This document shows, in pieces, positions 35,001 to 44,626 of a stretch of DNA of 55,920 bases. The DNA comes from Candidatus Woesearchaeota archaeon (lineage in GTDB: Archaea; Nanobdellota; Nanobdellia; UBA10117; ARS21), in contig JAYPKL010000003.1 in assembly GCA_038128845.1 (NCBI GenBank), positions 1 through 55,920 on the forward strand, in the 5' to 3' direction. The first letter of the stretch is position 1. Each line of letters opens with the position of its first letter. Made by a program: the position numbers and the translations under genes. The notes under the pieces were generated by a model. It did no database searches and was not told the origin of the DNA. It worked only from the letters and a program-made list of their open reading frames with translations.

Positions 35001-37574
35001 ATGTCAATTAGCTATGAAAAATTAGAGAAAAAAGATAGTGAAATATATTCATTCTTAGATAATAATATAGCAAAATGGTTTAAAAATAAATATAAAAAAT
35101 TCTCTCCGCCTCAAAAATTAGCAATTCATAATATTCATAATAAAAAAAATACAATTGTATCTGCACCTACGGGTTCAGGTAAAACCATGAGTGGATTTTT
35201 GTCCATACTAAATGAATTAACAATTCTATCTAATCAAGAAAAATTATTAGATTCTGTTTATTGTATATATGTTTCTCCATTAAAGGCATTAAATAATGAT
35301 GTAAACAGAAATCTTATTGAACCACTTTCTGAAATACAAGATGTTGTAGGTAAAGAACTTGGAATAAGAACTGCAGTAAGAACAGGAGACACTACACCTT
35401 ATGAAAGACAAAAAATGCTAAAAAAAGCACCTCATATTTTAATTACAACACCTGAATCGCTTGCTTTAATGATCACTTCACCAAAATTTTCTGAAAAATT
35501 AAAAACTGTTAAATGGATGATAATTGACGAAATACATTCAATTGCACAAAATAAACGAGGAGTACATTTATCTCTTTCAATGGAAAGATTGACAAGATTG
35601 GCAGGAGAATATACTCGAATCGGTTTATCTGCTACAGTTTCACCTATTGAAGAAGTGGGAAAATATTTAGTTGGATATAAAAACGGAAAATTAAGAGAAT
35701 GTAAAATAGTAGATTGTTCATTTGCAAAACAACTAGATTTGAAAGTATTAAGTCCCGTAAAAAATATAATGCAAACAACTCAAAAAGACTTGAATAAAAG
35801 CTTTTACAAACTACTAGAAGATCAAATTGATAAACATAAAACTACATTAATTTTTACAAATACAAGAAGCGGTACTGAAAGAATTGTTCATAAATTGAGA
35901 GGAAAGTATGGCGATAAAATTGAAGCACATCACTCAGCAATTTCTAAAGATGAAAGAATAAAAACTGAAGAATCATTAAAAAATGGACAACTTAAAGTTG
36001 TGGTATGTTCAACATCATTGGAGCTAGGTATTGATATAGGTTCTATAGATTTAGTTTTAATGGTTGGATCTCCTAAATCTGTTGCGAGAGCGCTTCAACG
36101 AGTTGGAAGATCAGGACACCAATTACATTCTAAAATTAAAGGAAGATTTATTGTTTCAGATAGGGATGATTTAGTAGAATGTTCCGTAATGTTAAAGAAT
36201 GCAAAAGACGGAAATATAGATCGAGTTGATATTCCAACAAATTGTTTAGACGTATTGGCTCAGCATATTTATGGCGAAGCAATATTTGAAAAACAAGATA
36301 TTACAAAACTTTTCAAATTATTCAAACAAAGTTATTGCTACCAAAGATTAACTAAAAAACAATATAATGAATTACTATCTTATCTTGCAGGAGAATATTC
36401 CAGTTTAGAAGACAGATACATTTATGCTAAAATTTGGGTTGACCGAGAAGAAAATATGTTAGGAAAAAGAGGAAGACTTGCAAGAGTTATTTACGCAACT
36501 AATATTGGTACAATACCTGATGAGTCATACATTAGAGTAAAAATTGGAAATCAAACAATAGGAAGTCTTGATGAAGGATTTTTAGAAAAACTAAAGAAAG
36601 GAGATATATTCGTATTAGGCGGAAAAACATATAGATATAATTTTGCAAGAGGAATGACTGTACAAGTAACACCAATGCCAGGAAGAGTTCCAACTGTTCC
36701 AAGTTGGTTTTCAGAATCTTTACCATTAAGTTTCGATTTAGCAATGGATATTCAAAAATTCAGAAAATATATGTCTGATATGTTTGAAAATAAATATTCT
36801 AAAAAAGAAATTATAAGATACATAAATGACTATTTATATGTAGATAGTTTTGCGGCAAACTCAATTTATGAATATTTTAGAGAACAATTTGTTTATTCAG
36901 AAATTCCACATTCTAAAAAAATACTTGTTGAATTTTACAAAGGATATGGTGGAAAAAAATATACTGTATTTCATACACTATATGGAAGAAGAGTTAATGA
37001 TGCACTCTCTAGAGCAATTGCATACGATTTAACAAAACGAACAAGAAAAGGAGTTTCAGTTTCAATTAATGACAATGGATTTTATATAACTGCAGACACA
37101 GATAAAATTCAAGCTATTCAAAGTTTAATGAATTTAACTCCAGAAGTTATTGAAAGTCATTTAAGAAATTCTCTTGAACATTCAGAGGTTCTAAAAAGAA
37201 GATTTAGACATTGTGCAGGAAGATCTTTAATGATTTTAAGAAGCTATAGAGGAAGAAGAAAATCAGCAGGAAGACAACAAATTGGTGCAATGATATTAAT
37301 TAATGCAGTAAGAGCAATATCTGAAGAATTTCCAGTTCTTAAAGAAGCCAGAAGAGAAGTTATGGAAGATTTAATGGATATTGAAAATGCAAAAAATGTT
37401 GTTGGTGATATTCAAAAAGGAAAAATCAAAGTAAAAAATATAAGTACAGACATACCGACACCATTTGCAATGAACCTTATAACTCGAGGATACATGGATA
37501 TAGTTAAATTCGAAGATAAAAGAGAATTTATACGAAGAATGCATGAAGCATTAATAAAAAGAATAGGAAAATGA
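35001..37574 (+). CDS. lhr: Lhr-like SF2 helicase
   Basis: APTGSGKT, TTPESL, DEIH, SAT, QRVGRSGH motifs. Confidence 0.95.
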   Translation: MSISYEKLEKKDSEIYSFLDNNIAKWFKNKYKKFSPPQKLAIHNIHNKKNTIVSAPTGSGKTMSGFLSILNELTILSNQEKLLDSVYCIYVSPLKALNNDVNRNLIEPLSEIQDVVGKELGIRTAVRTGDTTPYERQKMLKKAPHILITTPESLALMITSPKFSEKLKTVKWMIIDEIHSIAQNKRGVHLSLSMERLTRLAGEYTRIGLSATVSPIEEVGKYLVGYKNGKLRECKIVDCSFAKQLDLKVLSPVKNIMQTTQKDLNKSFYKLLEDQIDKHKTTLIFTNTRSGTERIVHKLRGKYGDKIEAHHSAISKDERIKTEESLKNGQLKVVVCSTSLELGIDIGSIDLVLMVGSPKSVARALQRVGRSGHQLHSKIKGRFIVSDRDDLVECSVMLKNAKDGNIDRVDIPTNCLDVLAQHIYGEAIFEKQDITKLFKLFKQSYCYQRLTKKQYNELLSYLAGEYSSLEDRYIYAKIWVDREENMLGKRGRLARVIYATNIGTIPDESYIRVKIGNQTIGSLDEGFLEKLKKGDIFVLGGKTYRYNFARGMTVQVTPMPGRVPTVPSWFSESLPLSFDLAMDIQKFRKYMSDMFENKYSKKEIIRYINDYLYVDSFAANSIYEYFREQFVYSEIPHSKKILVEFYKGYGGKKYTVFHTLYGRRVNDALSRAIAYDLTKRTRKGVSVSINDNGFYITADTDKIQAIQSLMNLTPEVIESHLRNSLEHSEVLKRRFRHCAGRSLMILRSYRGRRKSAGRQQIGAMILINAVRAISEEFPVLKEARREVMEDLMDIENAKNVVGDIQKGKIKVKNISTDIPTPFAMNLITRGYMDIVKFEDKREFIRRMHEALIKRIGK

Positions 37575-38281
37575 AAATAAATAATAAAGTAAGTTTTGAA
37601 GATTTCTTTGTTTATTTAAATAAATCTAAAACATTGATTATTTCTGACTTACAATTAGGATATGAAGGCGATCTTATACAAAGCGGTATTTTTGTTCCTG
37701 CAAATAATTATGATAATTTGATTAAAAGAATTGAAAAAACAATTAAAAAAATTAAACCTAAAAAGATAATTATTAACGGAGATTTAAAGCACGAATTTGG
37801 AAGAATATCTAGACATGAATGGAGGGAAGTTAGAGGAATGCTTGAATTTCTGAAATCTAAATGTGAAACAATTATTGTAAAAGGAAATCATGATAATTTT
37901 ATAGGACCTTTAGCAAAAAAACAAGAAATAGAGGTTGCAGATTATAAGATTATTGACGATTATTTAATTTGTCACGGAGATAAAGTATTGGATGTTAAAG
38001 AAAAATATTCCGGTATTATAATCGGACATGAACATCCAGCAATATCGATTTCTGACGGAAGTTTTTCAGAGAAATATAAGTGTTTTTTAGTTGGAAAATT
38101 TAAGAATAAAGAACTAATTGTGCAACCTTCTTCATTTTTATTAAATTTAGGAACAGATATTACAAAATATTCTACACATTCTCCATTTATTGATAATATA
38201 CAAGATTTTGAAGTATATGTATTATCTGATAAGATTTTTGATTTTGGAAAATTCAAAGATATTAATCAAATTAATAAATAA
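37571..38281 (+). CDS. metallophosphoesterase (Lhr-associated)
   Basis: SDLQLG, NGDLKH, GNHD, HGD, GHEHP motifs; overlaps lhr stop. Confidence 0.9.
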   Translation: MKINNKVSFEDFFVYLNKSKTLIISDLQLGYEGDLIQSGIFVPANNYDNLIKRIEKTIKKIKPKKIIINGDLKHEFGRISRHEWREVRGMLEFLKSKCETIIVKGNHDNFIGPLAKKQEIEVADYKIIDDYLICHGDKVLDVKEKYSGIIIGHEHPAISISDGSFSEKYKCFLVGKFKNKELIVQPSSFLLNLGTDITKYSTHSPFIDNIQDFEVYVLSDKIFDFGKFKDINQINK

Positions 38282-38298
38282 TAAGATATATTTATTCT

Positions 38299-38619
38299 AT
38301 GGATCTTACAAAAAAGAAATGTGTGCCTTGTGAAGGTGGAGAACCAAAAATTTCCTATAAAGACGCATTAATTTTAAGCAAAGCAATACCTAATTGGAAA
38401 ATAGTAAATAAGCATCATCTAATTCGAGAATTTAAGTTTAAAGATTTTAAAGCTGCATTAAAATTTGTTAATGAAGTAGGAAAAATTGCAGAATCTGAAG
38501 GTCATCACCCGGACATAGTTTTGAAGTGGGGATATGTTAAAATTAAATTATTCACTCATGCAATAAGAGGATTACATCAAAATGATTTTATTATTGCTTC
38601 AAAAATTGATAAGATTTAA
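38299..38619 (+). CDS. phhB: pterin-4a-carbinolamine dehydratase
   Basis: CVPCEGG and EGHHPDI..THAI.GL..NDF motifs. Confidence 0.92.
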   Translation: MDLTKKKCVPCEGGEPKISYKDALILSKAIPNWKIVNKHHLIREFKFKDFKAALKFVNEVGKIAESEGHHPDIVLKWGYVKIKLFTHAIRGLHQNDFIIASKIDKI

Positions 38620-38625
38620 ATTATT

Positions 38626-39039
38626 TTGTTAAAAAAACATAATGCTATGATTAAAATGAATATGTTAAGACAACACATAATAGATTCTATTTCAGTTAGA
38701 CCAATGACATTAGATAACGTAATAGATTATCAAAAAGAAAATACTAGAGGAACTTTTATTCCAAATGGCAATCAATTTCAATATGTTGCAAAACATCATT
38801 TTGATGTCCAATTGGTAGAAGATAGAGGACAAATTAATAAAAACGTATATGGATTAAGATCAAAGATTATAGAAAACTGGGATAATGAAGATTACTTATC
38901 AAATGAACAAAAATACAATATTATAGATAGATCAAATATTTATTCAAATAATCCTGAAATAATTACAAAAAATTTTGAAAGAAGATTCTTAGAAGAAATT
39001 ATAAATTTAGAAAATAGAATAAATATTGAAGAAGAATAA
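38626..39039 (+). CDS. hypothetical protein
   Basis: About 130-137-aa ORF (ATG at 38647 likely). Confidence 0.5.
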   Translation: MLKKHNAMIKMNMLRQHIIDSISVRPMTLDNVIDYQKENTRGTFIPNGNQFQYVAKHHFDVQLVEDRGQINKNVYGLRSKIIENWDNEDYLSNEQKYNIIDRSNIYSNNPEIITKNFERRFLEEIINLENRINIEEE

Positions 39040-39232
39040 TTATTTATTCTTCTTGTGCGGGTAATCGTTCAATTCTTGAAAATTACCTTGGTAATATAAA
39101 GAAACTAATTCTTTAAAGTATCTTGAATCTCTTAAATTATTAATCATGTATAGTAGTATAATTTGTTTATTATATATTTCATCGACTCAAAAAATGAATA
39201 CATAAACTATATATATTGTTTCAAATTTATAT

Positions 39233-39640
39233 TTACTGTTTCATAAATTTACGCTCAAAATTAAGCTCATTTTTCAATCTTGAAACAGAATTTTCATTAA
39301 GAATTATCGGAAGTTTAGATTTTCTTAGAATTCCTTCTAAAAAACACAAATTAAGATAGTTATCTCTCTTATATTTTTTTGCATATTTTTGTATAATTAC
39401 ATCTCTGGACTCTTTATAATTACAATTTAATGATTCTCTAAAGTGAATAATATCTGCGGGCGTTATTAATTTTAGATTATCTAACTTATTATTATTTTTA
39501 TTTCTATCTTTGTGATATACTAAGCACTCAGAGAATTTAAATTCAGAATTATCATAAATTTTCTTATAAATGGTTCTGTGTACAAGTTTACGAGTATATT
39601 TGTAACGTGTATATCCGTTTTTGTCAGTGTATGTTTTCAT
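39233..39640 (-). CDS. HNH endonuclease domain protein
   Basis: GY..Y....LVHR.I followed by HKDRNKNNNKLDNL (HNH_3-like). Confidence 0.75.
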   Translation of the reverse strand: MKTYTDKNGYTRYKYTRKLVHRTIYKKIYDNSEFKFSECLVYHKDRNKNNNKLDNLKLITPADIIHFRESLNCNYKESRDVIIQKYAKKYKRDNYLNLCFLEGILRKSKLPIILNENSVSRLKNELNFERKFMKQ

Positions 39641-39677
39641 ATAAAAATTATTTTATAATAATATTAAAATTTGACCT

Positions 39678-41717
39678 ATGAATAATATATCCGAAATTAT
39701 AAAGAAATATTTACAATTAAGTTATGATTATTATTCAAGTTCAAACAAGGAGAAAATAGTATTAGGTACAGTTGAATTTTTTGATGGTACAAATATAACG
39801 TTAGATCTAGAAAATAATCCAAGACTTAATGTATCAGATATAGTTTCAATTAATAAGAAAGACTTAGTTGTAGATCATTATAAAGACGGAAAGTATCATT
39901 TCAAAATAATAGATAACATCGATTTAACTCCCGGAACGAAGGTAGAAGTTACAATAAACAATAGTTTGCTCTTTCTAATTGAAAATTTAATTGAAAATAT
40001 AAATTCATTAAATGAAGATAAAATTAATTTAATTAATAATATATACAATTCAACTATTGAATCGGAATTCAATAATGAAGAATATAAAATTATAAACAAT
40101 AATTTTACAAAAAGCCAAAATATATTTTTACAAAAAGCCAAAGAAATTATAGAAAAAAAAGAAAAAGGTTTTTTGGTTGTAGAAGGTCCAGGCGGTACTG
40201 GAAAAACAGAATGTATCGCAGAAATATGCAATAGTTACAAAGATACAAACATGAAAATACTAATTACTGGAACAACTAATGTGAGTATAGATAATATTGT
40301 TAAAAAATTAGACACCGAGTCTGTTTTAAGAATTGGAAATGAAATATCAATTAGTGATGAAAGTGTTAAAAAATTCTCAATAAAAAATAAAACAAAAAAT
40401 AATGATTTGAAATCAGTTATTCGAGATAGCAAAATAATAGCATCAACTCTAGATAGTATACATATTCATCTTAAGAAAGAAAAATTTGATGCAGTTATTA
40501 TAGATGAAGCTTCAATGTCTGAAATTGCCAAATTACTAATACCTTTTAATGTAAGTGATAAAATAATACTTTGCGGAGATAGAAATCAACTATCCGGATT
40601 TATTGATAAAAAGCTGATGGATTTATTACAATTAAATTTATCGTCAGATGAAATAAATCTTATAACAAAATCTGCATTTGAAACAATTTCAGAGTATTTT
40701 GATAAACAAAATAAAACAGTGTATTTAAATGAAAATTTTAGAAATCCTAAAAAAATATTTGATTTCATAAACGATAATTTTTATGAAAAAAGAATGATAA
40801 ATTTAGTTGAATCAAGTAAAGATTATGAACGTGCAAAAAGTTTTTCTGAAATTATAAATTCAGATGAACTTACTTGGATTTTTCCAAATCAAACATCGTT
40901 TGAAGAATCAAATAGAGGAATTTTTAATCCAATAAAATATGAATTAAATGGTAAAAATTCTTACATAAATTTAGGAAATGCTGCAATAATAATAATGGTG
41001 TTAAAAGAAGCCATAAAAAAATATGAAAAGAAAGATATCGGAATTATAACTCCTTTCAATGGACAAGCCAATTTATTGAAACAATTTATTTCGCAATATC
41101 CCGAATTTATATTAGATAAAAAATATGTTGACGAAAAAAGCCGAATTAAAAATGCATATTCTATACTATCTTCTGTAAAAATAAATACAATAAATAAATT
41201 TCAAGGACAAGAGTCAGATTTACTTATATTTGATTTAACATCAAACGCTTCATTTGTTTTTTCAGATTATAGAAAGTTAAATGTTGTATTGGGAAGAGCA
41301 AAAAATCAAATAATCACAATAGGAATACCACCAAATATACCCATTTTCAAATCTTTATTTGAATATAGTAAAACATATGGAGACATAGATTATACCGATC
41401 ACTCACTATCTTTTTTAACAAACAGTAAAGAACTGGAAGATTTTGAAAAAATTTCTAATTTAATAAAAACAATAAGACCAAATATATTTGAACTAGAAAA
41501 AGAATTAATTAAATCTTTACTTATAGAATATTCTAAACAATTTAATAATATAGGACAAAAAGATAGCGAACACATAATAAAAGAAGTAATTAGAGAATAT
41601 TATTCTGCCGAAGTAATAAATGAAAATAATTTTGATGAAGTTGATCAACTTATTAGAGCAAAAATAAATGAATACAACTTTAAAAAAAATGGTGGATCTT
41701 TGCTAAATTATATGTAA
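39678..41717 (+). CDS. SF1 helicase, Upf1/DNA2-like
   Basis: GPGGTGKT, DEAS, GD..QL, FQGQE, NVVLGRA motifs. Confidence 0.88.
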   Translation: MNNISEIIKKYLQLSYDYYSSSNKEKIVLGTVEFFDGTNITLDLENNPRLNVSDIVSINKKDLVVDHYKDGKYHFKIIDNIDLTPGTKVEVTINNSLLFLIENLIENINSLNEDKINLINNIYNSTIESEFNNEEYKIINNNFTKSQNIFLQKAKEIIEKKEKGFLVVEGPGGTGKTECIAEICNSYKDTNMKILITGTTNVSIDNIVKKLDTESVLRIGNEISISDESVKKFSIKNKTKNNDLKSVIRDSKIIASTLDSIHIHLKKEKFDAVIIDEASMSEIAKLLIPFNVSDKIILCGDRNQLSGFIDKKLMDLLQLNLSSDEINLITKSAFETISEYFDKQNKTVYLNENFRNPKKIFDFINDNFYEKRMINLVESSKDYERAKSFSEIINSDELTWIFPNQTSFEESNRGIFNPIKYELNGKNSYINLGNAAIIIMVLKEAIKKYEKKDIGIITPFNGQANLLKQFISQYPEFILDKKYVDEKSRIKNAYSILSSVKINTINKFQGQESDLLIFDLTSNASFVFSDYRKLNVVLGRAKNQIITIGIPPNIPIFKSLFEYSKTYGDIDYTDHSLSFLTNSKELEDFEKISNLIKTIRPNIFELEKELIKSLLIEYSKQFNNIGQKDSEHIIKEVIREYYSAEVINENNFDEVDQLIRAKINEYNFKKNGGSLLNYM

Positions 41718-41747
41718 TATTTATATACTAAAATAAATTATTATTAT

Positions 41748-42017
41748 ATGAGTACATACGAATCAATGTCGATGTTAGGTTCATCAGAATTGAGTCTTCT
41801 ACTATTGTTCTCATTAGTAGCATTAATCTTGAAAGGTTTTGGATTATGGCATAGTGCAAGAAATAATCAAAACTGGTGGTTTGTTTTAATATTAGTATTA
41901 AATACCATCGGAATATTACCTTTAGTTTATATGTTATTTTTCAGAGCAGATAGAGAAAAGACTGACTTTTTTGGTAAAAAAAGAACCAAACAAAAGCAAA
42001 GAAAAAGCCAAAAATAA
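41748..42017 (+). CDS. DUF5652-like membrane protein
   Basis: KG..LW.SAR..Q..WF......NT.GILP.VY signature. Confidence 0.8.
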   Translation: MSTYESMSMLGSSELSLLLLFSLVALILKGFGLWHSARNNQNWWFVLILVLNTIGILPLVYMLFFRADREKTDFFGKKRTKQKQRKSQK

Positions 42018-42351
42018 TATCTAATTTTCTGTGTCTTTTTAACTTAAATCTAGATATTCCTATTGCTAAAGACCAAAGGTAAAGAAATATATTGTTAAAA
42101 TAAAGAGCCACGAATAATGATACTGAAGAATGGTTACTCGGAAAAGACAAGTTATCGGATTTGTCAGGTCTTTCTGATTTAACAACATGCTTAATTAATT
42201 CATTAAATAATGAAATGATACCGCAAAATATAATTAGAGTTAATGATTCAAATCCTTTAATTAAAAAGATAATCGGGAATGCAACTATTAGACTATCTGA
42301 TATAAATCTCCAATAAATATAAAAAATGTAATTTATTTTATTTAAATTAAT
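41941..42351 (-). CDS. PAP2-family phosphatase; open frame lacks a canonical start upstream of motif 1
   Basis: In-frame KHVVKSERP, FPSNH and SRFKLKRHRKLD motifs; frame open to a TAG at 42352-42354 with only ATT/ATA as possible upstream starts. Confidence 0.7.
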   Translation of the reverse strand: MNLNKINYIFYIYWRFISDSLIVAFPIIFLIKGFESLTLIIFCGIISLFNELIKHVVKSERPDKSDNLSFPSNHSSVSLFVALYFNNIFLYLWSLAIGISRFKLKRHRKLDIIFGFFFAFVWFFFYQKSQSFLYLL

Positions 42352-42399
42352 CTACGAATAAGTTAATTTTTTAAATCATACTTAAAATAAATTCTTACC

Positions 42400-42483
42400 G
42401 CAGGAGTTCCAGAGCGGTCAAATGGGATGGACTTAAGATCCATTGGCTTAGTGCCTTCGCAGGTTCGAATCCTGCCTCCTGCA
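42400..42483 (+). tRNA. tRNA-Leu(TAA)
   Basis: GCAGGAG/CTCCTGC acceptor; ATGGA-CT TAA GA-TCCAT; long variable arm. Confidence 0.95.
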
Positions 42484-42526
42484 TAAATAAATAAGTTTTT
42501 AAATAAATATATTTTCGTAAATTAAA

Positions 42527-42895
42527 ATGTTTGGTCCTCATTTAACTATTGATTTAGAAGATTGTAATTTAGAAAAATTAAATGATCTAGATTATGTTTT
42601 TAATTTTTTAAACGAATTACCTGATGAAATAGGAATGACCAAAATTACACAACCGCATGTATTTAGATATTCAGGTCTTGTTCCAGAAGATGAAGGAATA
42701 ACTGGCATGGTGATAATTGCGGAATCACATATATCGATTCACACATTCCCTAAAAAAAATTATGCGTTTTTAGATGTATTTTCTTGTAAACCTTTTGATT
42801 ATGAATTTACAGCAAATAGAATTATCGAATATTTTGAATCAAAAAATCATACAATAAATGTTGTTAAGAGAGGAGAAAATTTTCCGAGAAATTAA
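42527..42895 (+). CDS. speD: S-adenosylmethionine decarboxylase proenzyme (class 1B)
   Basis: G.HL..D N-terminus, AESHISIHTFP self-cleavage site, DVFSC. Confidence 0.9.
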   Translation: MFGPHLTIDLEDCNLEKLNDLDYVFNFLNELPDEIGMTKITQPHVFRYSGLVPEDEGITGMVIIAESHISIHTFPKKNYAFLDVFSCKPFDYEFTANRIIEYFESKNHTINVVKRGENFPRN

Positions 42896-42919
42896 TAAAC
42901 TATTAAATTATTAGTTTAT

Positions 42920-43522
42920 ATGATTGATTTAATATTATTAGTTATAGCATCATCAATTTTAATTTTTACCATTAGTATAGGAGTTATAAAAAAAGAAGAT
43001 ATTGGTCCACACTATTACCATTTGGATTCAAGAGGCAGAATAAAAGGATTTGAAGATACAGAAGAATCAAGAAAAAAAGATACTTATGTTCTAATAAGAC
43101 CAACATTAAGCGATACATATGGAAACGGACTAATAGATGGAATTATGGAATATGGTAAGTTGCCAAAAGTCAGAGAAGATTTAAATGAAATTATAAGACA
43201 CAGAAGAGTAATAAGAAGAGCCTTAGGTAATTTTGGCGGATGGCGAATTAAAAAAGAAGATCTTAATGAAAAAGTAAATTCAATGAAGATGGATTATTTA
43301 AGTTTAAATGAAAGAGAAAGAGCAAATATCTTGATTCAAAAAATAACAAACGACCATAAAAGAATTTTAGAAAACTTATCTAAACTACCGGGTCCGAGTA
43401 AAATAAATTCTTTTCAAAATAATATTTCTAATGTAGTTACTGTTGGTATAATTGATGGACTAACTGATGAAGAGATTATTAATAGAATAAACTTTGAATC
43501 ATCAAAAATTTTACTAAATTAG
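42920..43522 (+). CDS. hypothetical membrane-anchored protein
   Basis: N-terminal TM helix, 200 aa. Confidence 0.6.
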   Translation: MIDLILLVIASSILIFTISIGVIKKEDIGPHYYHLDSRGRIKGFEDTEESRKKDTYVLIRPTLSDTYGNGLIDGIMEYGKLPKVREDLNEIIRHRRVIRRALGNFGGWRIKKEDLNEKVNSMKMDYLSLNERERANILIQKITNDHKRILENLSKLPGPSKINSFQNNISNVVTVGIIDGLTDEEIINRINFESSKILLN

Positions 43523-43564
43523 TCAATACAATATCTTTATAAATGCAAAATATTCCCAAAAAAT

Positions 43565-43714
43565 ATGGTAAGTCAAAAAGACGGTCATTTTGTATGTGAA
43601 ACATGCAAGTACAGATATCCTGCAAAGGAATATGCTGAAAGATGCGAAGATAATTGCAGAGCAGGTACATTCGATCCAGATTTAGAAGATTATGGTCTTC
43701 CTCCGCTAGAGTAA
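43565..43714 (+). CDS. 49-aa zinc-finger microprotein (not in ORF track)
   Basis: MVSQKDGHFVCETCKYRYPAKEYAERCEDNCRAGTFDPDLEDYGLPPLE; TTTATAAA 29 nt upstream. Confidence 0.7.
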   Translation: MVSQKDGHFVCETCKYRYPAKEYAERCEDNCRAGTFDPDLEDYGLPPLE

Positions 43715-43744
43715 ATATTATAAAATAACACCATATAACTCACT

Positions 43745-44029
43745 ATGAAATTTAATAAAGAAGCAATTAGAATTTTATTATTTTTATTAATCGGTATTTC
43801 TTTAGTAAAAATGAGTTATGAAGAAACACCAGAATCATTATTAATTACATATAAAACAAAAATAGCTACAAATGATAACGGAGATCAAATTATTGATCAA
43901 AGATATAAAGTTGGAGAAAATAATAATTGTATATATGATTGTAAAAGTTATTCTGAAAATTCAGATTTAATATATCACTCCGCCATGGTAAGATCTTTTG
44001 GAGTATGTAATTGCAGGTATTTAGAATGA
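43745..44029 (+). CDS. small membrane-anchored protein with extracellular Cys motif
   Basis: N-terminal TM, C..DC and C.C. Confidence 0.55.
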   Translation: MKFNKEAIRILLFLLIGISLVKMSYEETPESLLITYKTKIATNDNGDQIIDQRYKVGENNNCIYDCKSYSENSDLIYHSAMVRSFGVCNCRYLE

Positions 44030-44430
44030 GACAGCCAAAATCTATGTCCGAATTAGTATATTTTACTCGTAGAAAAGACGAATTTGGATTAGTTAAATTA
44101 TGGGTATTTAGAGAAAATTGCCCTAGTTGTAATAATGCTCAAATGGGTAAACCAGTTGATCCAAAAACAAAAAAAGTAAAATCAAGAGCCAAAGAATATG
44201 TTTGTCCAGAATGCAATCATATTATTGAAAAAGAAGAATATGAAGATTCCTTGGATGCAAATATTGAATACACTTGTCCAGAAGGACATTCTCATGAAAA
44301 AATAATGCCTTTCAAAAGACAAAAAATATCTATAAAAGATCCTAAAACTGGTAAAAATAAGAGAAAACTTGGAATAATGTTTAATTGTGAAACTTGCGAT
44401 TTTGAAATAAAAGTTCCAAAATTAAAATAA
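44026..44430 (+). CDS. multi-zinc-ribbon protein
   Basis: LVYFTRR, CPSC, CPEC, CPEGH, CETC; start at ATG 44026. Confidence 0.75.
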   Translation: MRQPKSMSELVYFTRRKDEFGLVKLWVFRENCPSCNNAQMGKPVDPKTKKVKSRAKEYVCPECNHIIEKEEYEDSLDANIEYTCPEGHSHEKIMPFKRQKISIKDPKTGKNKRKLGIMFNCETCDFEIKVPKLK

Positions 44431-44466
44431 ATAACTTTTTAATATAAATTTAATAAAAAATTTAAT

Positions 44467-44540
44467 GCCTCGGTAGCTCAGTATGGTAGAGCGCTGCATT
44501 GGTAATGCAGAGGTCGCGAGTTCAAATCCCGCCTGGGGCA
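44467..44540 (+). tRNA. tRNA-Thr(GGT)
   Basis: GCCTCGG/CTGGGGC acceptor; CTGCA-TT GGT AA-TGCAG; A52-C62 mismatch in T-stem. Confidence 0.93.
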
Positions 44541-44549
44541 TCCAACGCA

Positions 44550-44626
44550 TAGTTTCATTTAGTGTAGTATATTTGGAATTTTTTAAAAAAAGTAAAATTT
44601 ATAAACCAATTATTGAAGGCTAAATT
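44550..44626 (+). repeat. leader/promoter homologous to 29358-29441
   Basis: TAGT..CATTTAGTGTAGTATATTT.GAATTTTT..AAAAAAAGT..AAATTTATAAACCAATTATTGAAGGCTAAAT shared by both loci. Confidence 0.9.

Noticed and set aside
39040-39147. 35-aa minus-strand micro-ORF MINNLRDSRYFKELV...
   Set aside because: No motif; only positional plausibility.
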